Source: a virus. From it: a stretch of DNA of 64,000 nucleotides. Shown in pieces: positions 62,836-64,000 of this stretch. How positions within the stretch are numbered: position 1 is the stretch's first letter; each line of letters begins with the position of its first letter. A program made the translations under genes and the position numbers. Under the pieces are notes generated by a model. It did no database searches, was not told the DNA's origin, and worked only from the letters and a program-made list of their open reading frames with translations. Location: IMG/VR virus record IMGVR_UViG_3300050343_000218; one strand, given 5' to 3'.

Positions 62836-63125
62836 AAGTCTCCGAATTGATCACGCATATCTTCCATTGATTTTTTCTTTGCGGAGTACACACCATCAAT
62901 GTATCCAGACCTATATTCCCAGGTAGTTCCACCCTCAAGTCCTTTCGATGGGTTGATACAGGTTTCATCACCCAGTTTGTTGCAAACTAATCCAGCAAGA
63001 TCTAGTTCACTTTTATCATAGGATGCAGCTGTACCACTGAAGACGTGCTTACCATTAATCCAGATCGCACTGCATTTAGGACATTCTTTTCTCTCAAGTT
63101 TGAGATCCGACAGTTCCTTATCCAT
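62832..63125 (-). CDS. Cys-containing hypothetical protein
   Basis: CPKC..WING..DLAGLVCN..CINP. Confidence 0.8.
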   Translation of the reverse strand: MDKELSDLKLERKECPKCSAIWINGKHVFSGTAASYDKSELDLAGLVCNKLGDETCINPSKGLEGGTTWEYRSGYIDGVYSAKKKSMEDMRDQFGDL

Positions 63126-63348
63126 CTTTGTTTAATTCTTTTATGAGTTTGTTGTATTCTGGCAAGTCTTTAATGAGTTGCTGCTTTAATTTCCTACGCA
63201 TCAACATCATTCTAAACTTTACCCAAGAATAGCGAATATGCAAATCGACAAATGCGAACAGTCGCATTGTTTCTTCCGTACCTGCATAGGCTACCAACAG
63301 AATAATTATTAGAGCTGTAATCGAGAGTCCAGTAGTAGATGGATCCAT
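63118..63348 (-). CDS. small membrane-anchored protein
   Basis: N-terminal TM segment; late promoter ATAAATA at 63371-63377. Confidence 0.75.
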   Translation of the reverse strand: MDPSTTGLSITALIIILLVAYAGTEETMRLFAFVDLHIRYSWVKFRMMLMRRKLKQQLIKDLPEYNKLIKELNKDG

Positions 63349-63396
63349 TAAGCACAGAGCTACGTTGACTTATTTATTGTAGCACTGCTATACAGA

Positions 63397-63738
63397 TCAG
63401 TCAAGTTCTGCAATAGTTCTTTTCAAGGTGTCAATCATCTCATCGATATTATTGAAAACGTCTTTGACACAAACGTCTTTGGGGATTCCAATGGCATCCA
63501 TTACCTTACGGACATCACTAGCCATCAGTGCTGCTGTTTCGTCATCATTCTTTGACAATTCAACACGCATCCACAATATCCTTTGCTTTTCCAGCAAAGC
63601 TTCAATGAGATTTACATACTCTTCCCGCTCGTCAGCTGTCATAGCGGGAAAGGCAAGCGTCATCTCAGCAAGTTGATCTTGCATCGAGTTAATAACTTTA
63701 ACTTCTTGCTGAACGACTTCAGATTCCTTGAAATTCAT
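63397..63738 (-). CDS. DUF1825-family protein
   Basis: F.ESEVVQQE ... LEKQRILWMRVELS..D..A; ATG at 63738. Confidence 0.8.
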   Translation of the reverse strand: MNFKESEVVQQEVKVINSMQDQLAEMTLAFPAMTADEREEYVNLIEALLEKQRILWMRVELSKNDDETAALMASDVRKVMDAIGIPKDVCVKDVFNNIDEMIDTLKRTIAELD

Positions 63739-63739
63739 T

Positions 63740-63994
63740 TCAAAATAGCAGCTTAGCACGACTAGTTTTCTTGATAAAGTTAAGACGCTGAGCATCAAAC
63801 TTTAGTTTTTCTTTTAGCGGTTTCGAGATTAGTTTATTGACAGTATCAATTTCGATACTATTCATTTCGCAAAAGTGAACTACAGCATCGATGTAGTTCA
63901 TTTCATTGTTATCAATAACTAATTTTTCAATTTCACCAGCAAATTTTGTAGCAGTCATAAAAGAATTTTCTATTTCATCAGGTTGTTGAGGCAT
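63740..63994 (-). CDS. gp33: late transcription coactivator gp33
   Basis: F..EIE.LV....NYIDAVVHFCE.N.IE...V.KLISKPLKEKL..DA..LNF. Confidence 0.9.
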   Translation of the reverse strand: MPQQPDEIENSFMTATKFAGEIEKLVIDNNEMNYIDAVVHFCEMNSIEIDTVNKLISKPLKEKLKFDAQRLNFIKKTSRAKLLF

Positions 63995-64000
63995 TTGACA

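Noticed and set aside
1-64000. Prophage or integrative element; photosystem genes
   Set aside because: No integrase, att-like duplication or host flanks; no psbA/psbD/hli recognised in this window

Overview
This window is a 64-kb segment of a T4-like marine cyanomyophage (Kyanoviridae-type; inferred from gp32, gp33, gp53, gp48, gp2, gp4, gp26, gp5, phage-type CP12, DUF1825 and ATAAATA late promoters). Almost all genes are on the minus strand. 1-8.6 kb: early/accessory island of small ORFs. Seven promoters share a spaced palindrome (GTGG/CACA-N10-TGT/GCCAC) 28-30 bp from the -10 box, and a non-coding stretch at 2216-2556 holds T-tract repeats and three 12-bp-phased cyanobacterial-type DnaA boxes. 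8.7-40.4 kb: tail fibre/adhesin block with two duplicated fibre+adhesin pairs, an FnIII protein, a 3229-aa S8 protease/YHYH/cupredoxin protein, three collar-domain paralogues, a fibre chaperone between two 2OG-Fe(II) oxygenases and a 2161-aa structural protein. 40.5-45.4 kb: thioredoxin/glutaredoxin-like genes, small ORFs, tRNA-Asn, a ParB-like ORF and another oxygenase. 45.5-61.3 kb: baseplate module (split gp5, CP12, gp27-like hub, M23-bearing tape-measure-like protein, gp51, gp26, gp54/19-like, gp4, gp2, gp48, expanded gp53). 61.3-64 kb: gp32, tRNA-Asp, tRNA-Tyr, DUF1825 and gp33. The strongest leads are a lambda G/GT- or P2 E/E'-like -1 frameshift site joining gp26 to gp51, the DnaA-box cluster, and the protease/blue-copper giant protein. 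All family assignments come from motif recognition by eye; no database search was run.
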